Below are positions 61,970-64,000 of a DNA stretch of 64,000 bases, piece by piece. Below the pieces are notes generated by a model. That model was not told the DNA's origin. It worked only from the letters and a program-made list of their open reading frames with translations, and made no database searches. How positions within the stretch are numbered: the first letter of the stretch is position 1; every line of letters starts with the position of its first letter. The DNA is from Stegostoma tigrinum (lineage: Eukaryota), in assembly GCF_030684315.1 (NCBI RefSeq), contig NC_081355.1, forward strand, positions 80,438,924 through 80,502,923, written 5' to 3'. Both the position numbers and the translations under genes were made by a program.

Positions 61970-62700
61970 CCCAGCGTAGCAATGTACATCATATCCAAGT
62001 CAGGGTGGTGGAAAGCTGAAAGGTAAACTGAAGGTGATGGCATTCCCCATGCAGCTGCCAGCGATGAACATTAAACATGGAAAGATATTGTTGAAACTTG
62101 GTGAGCTGCTGTAGCACATTCTGTGGATAGTACACACAGCTGCCAATGGTTCAGAGAATGAATATTGCAGTGTCTACATTGGAAGCTAATCAAGTTAACT
62201 ATTCTGTCCTGGTTAATATCAAATATTGATGCAGATGCACTTGTTCAGGCTTCTCTTTCCTGGCCTGCACCTTGTGTGTGGCGTCATTTTACAGGGTCAG
62301 GAGGTGGCACAGAATACCTACTCTCTGATCTGCTTGAGCCACCATAACATTCATGTGGTGCTTGCAATCAGGTTTTAAGTAAATGGTAATATCCAAGATG
62401 TTGATGGTAGAATATTCAGTGATGGTGAGACTGTTAAATGTCAAAAAGAAGCCATTGGCCAAGCTCTTGTTAGAGCTGGCCATTATTTACTTTGTGAGAG
62501 ACATGATATTGCCCTCCTCTAAGTCCAAGTCCACATGTTGCCCAGGTCTTGCTACACACGGGGATGGACTGATTCGGGGAGTTGTAACTTGAGCTGACAA
62601 CTGTGAATCATTAACCAATCTGACCTTGCAATGGAGAAGTCATTGATGAGCAGCTGAAGTTGGTTGATTCTAGAACAGTGTCCTGAAGAGATCCTGAAGA
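61970..62700 (-). mobile_element. LINE family B, degenerate fragment
   Basis: tccaagtcagggtggtgg..., gatgttgatggtagaatattcagtgatggtg and ttgatgagcagctgaagttggttg align with 39520-40270. Confidence 0.7.
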
Positions 62701-64000
62701 AATAGATCAAATAGAAATAGCATCCAATAATCTCAATTATCTTGCCTATGTCGAAAAATAGAGATGTTCACAGAGTCTGTTCCTCTCAGTAGTTGTTCAA
62801 TTGTCTGCTACTATTTGTAGCAGGACATGGTAGTACTGCAGAGCTAACCTAGCCTATTATTTTTGGTCCCTTTATCTCTGCCTCTGACATCCTGCCACTG
62901 CTGTTACATATAGTGCTGTAGTTTCAGTTGCTTTTCAATTGCTGATGCTTTTTTTCTCATGGAATGTAGCTTGATTCTGAATGGAAAAGTGAGGAATATA
63001 TCAGGTGAATTTACTACTTGAGATGGTACATCTTTTTCCCCACTCCTGATGACCAACTGAGCCCCATGAATTCCATTATAACAGTAGGTTTCTAGATCTT
63101 TCCAGCTATTACAGTATGAACTGGCAGGATCCATTGAGTCCTGCAGCTGAACACAGGAATTAATCAATGCAGGGACTATGAGGCAATACTGCAGTCAAGC
63201 ACTGGTACATTTGCAGTGGGTGAATTGGTAATCATGAGGTCAATTACTTTATTCCTTCATGTTGATTCTCATCTGTCACAAGCCCTAACTGACAATTCTG
63301 CCGATTTAGTCTTAGTCAGTTCATGGTGGTATTACCAAATCATTTTTGATGATAAGCAATGGAGAATCGCATCCAGAATATCTTCTATCCCCAGTGTTTT
63401 TCTTCCAGTGGATTCAACACTTACCAATTAACAAAAGTTGGTTGTATTCAGCCAGCCCATTCCTTATCTACTGTTAACTTGAAACAATGAAAAGTAATTT
63501 GCTACAGACCCATTGTTGTAAACTTATAGTTACCTGTCAACACTACCTCACTGTGTCTCCACTATTGGATCTATCCTGCTTGTATACCATAAGATGAAGG
63601 AATCTTAAGGATTGCTGATCTACATGATCCTGAAAGTATAACTATGTCAGGCTGTTGCTTGACTAATCAATGGTACAGTTCTCCTGGCTTTGCAGACCAG
63701 CCCTCAGCTGTTAGTAAGGAGGATTTTGCAGGGTCAATTAGGCTTTCATTGTGTCTTGCTTCAACTCCTAATTCACAGCTGAGTGGTCTGTCAAGTTTAA
63801 TTTTTCTTATTCTTTGTCGGGGTTCAATACAAATAAATGACTTGCTCGGCCATTTCAGAGAGCAGCTACGAGTCAATCAACTTGGTCAGATCCATAGCTA
63901 ACCAGATGTAAAAATGTTACCTATCTATTTGAGAAATTATTAAAATTATTGCAAAAAAAAATCCTGGGAAAGTTTTTTTGAAAAATATGTTCTTCCATAT

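Overview
Repeat-dense vertebrate DNA, almost certainly from an elasmobranch (shark): it carries HE1-type V-SINEs and many CR1/HER1-type LINEs. I found no convincing host exon, so the window looks intronic or intergenic. Contents: one near-full-length CR1 LINE (zinc-finger/leucine-zipper/SGNH-esterase ORF1 plus APE-RT ORF2) inside a four-level nest, many CR1 fragments, a second LINE family with a partner SINE, Gypsy gag/integrase/solo-LTR remnants, a 25-bp minisatellite, and about 14 fragments of Penelope-like elements (PLEs). The most striking signal is in the PLE pseudo-LTRs. Most carry a minimal hammerhead-ribozyme (HHR) core, CUGANGA-N-stemII-GAAA-CGUH, with stem II pairing preserved across families. 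Several are inserted as ~210-230 bp foldback mini-elements with 12-15 bp target-site duplications (TSDs), and two of these have a core on each strand. One tandem pair has a retrozyme-like layout. Family names come from motif recognition only; no database search was run, and the boundaries of old fragments are approximate.
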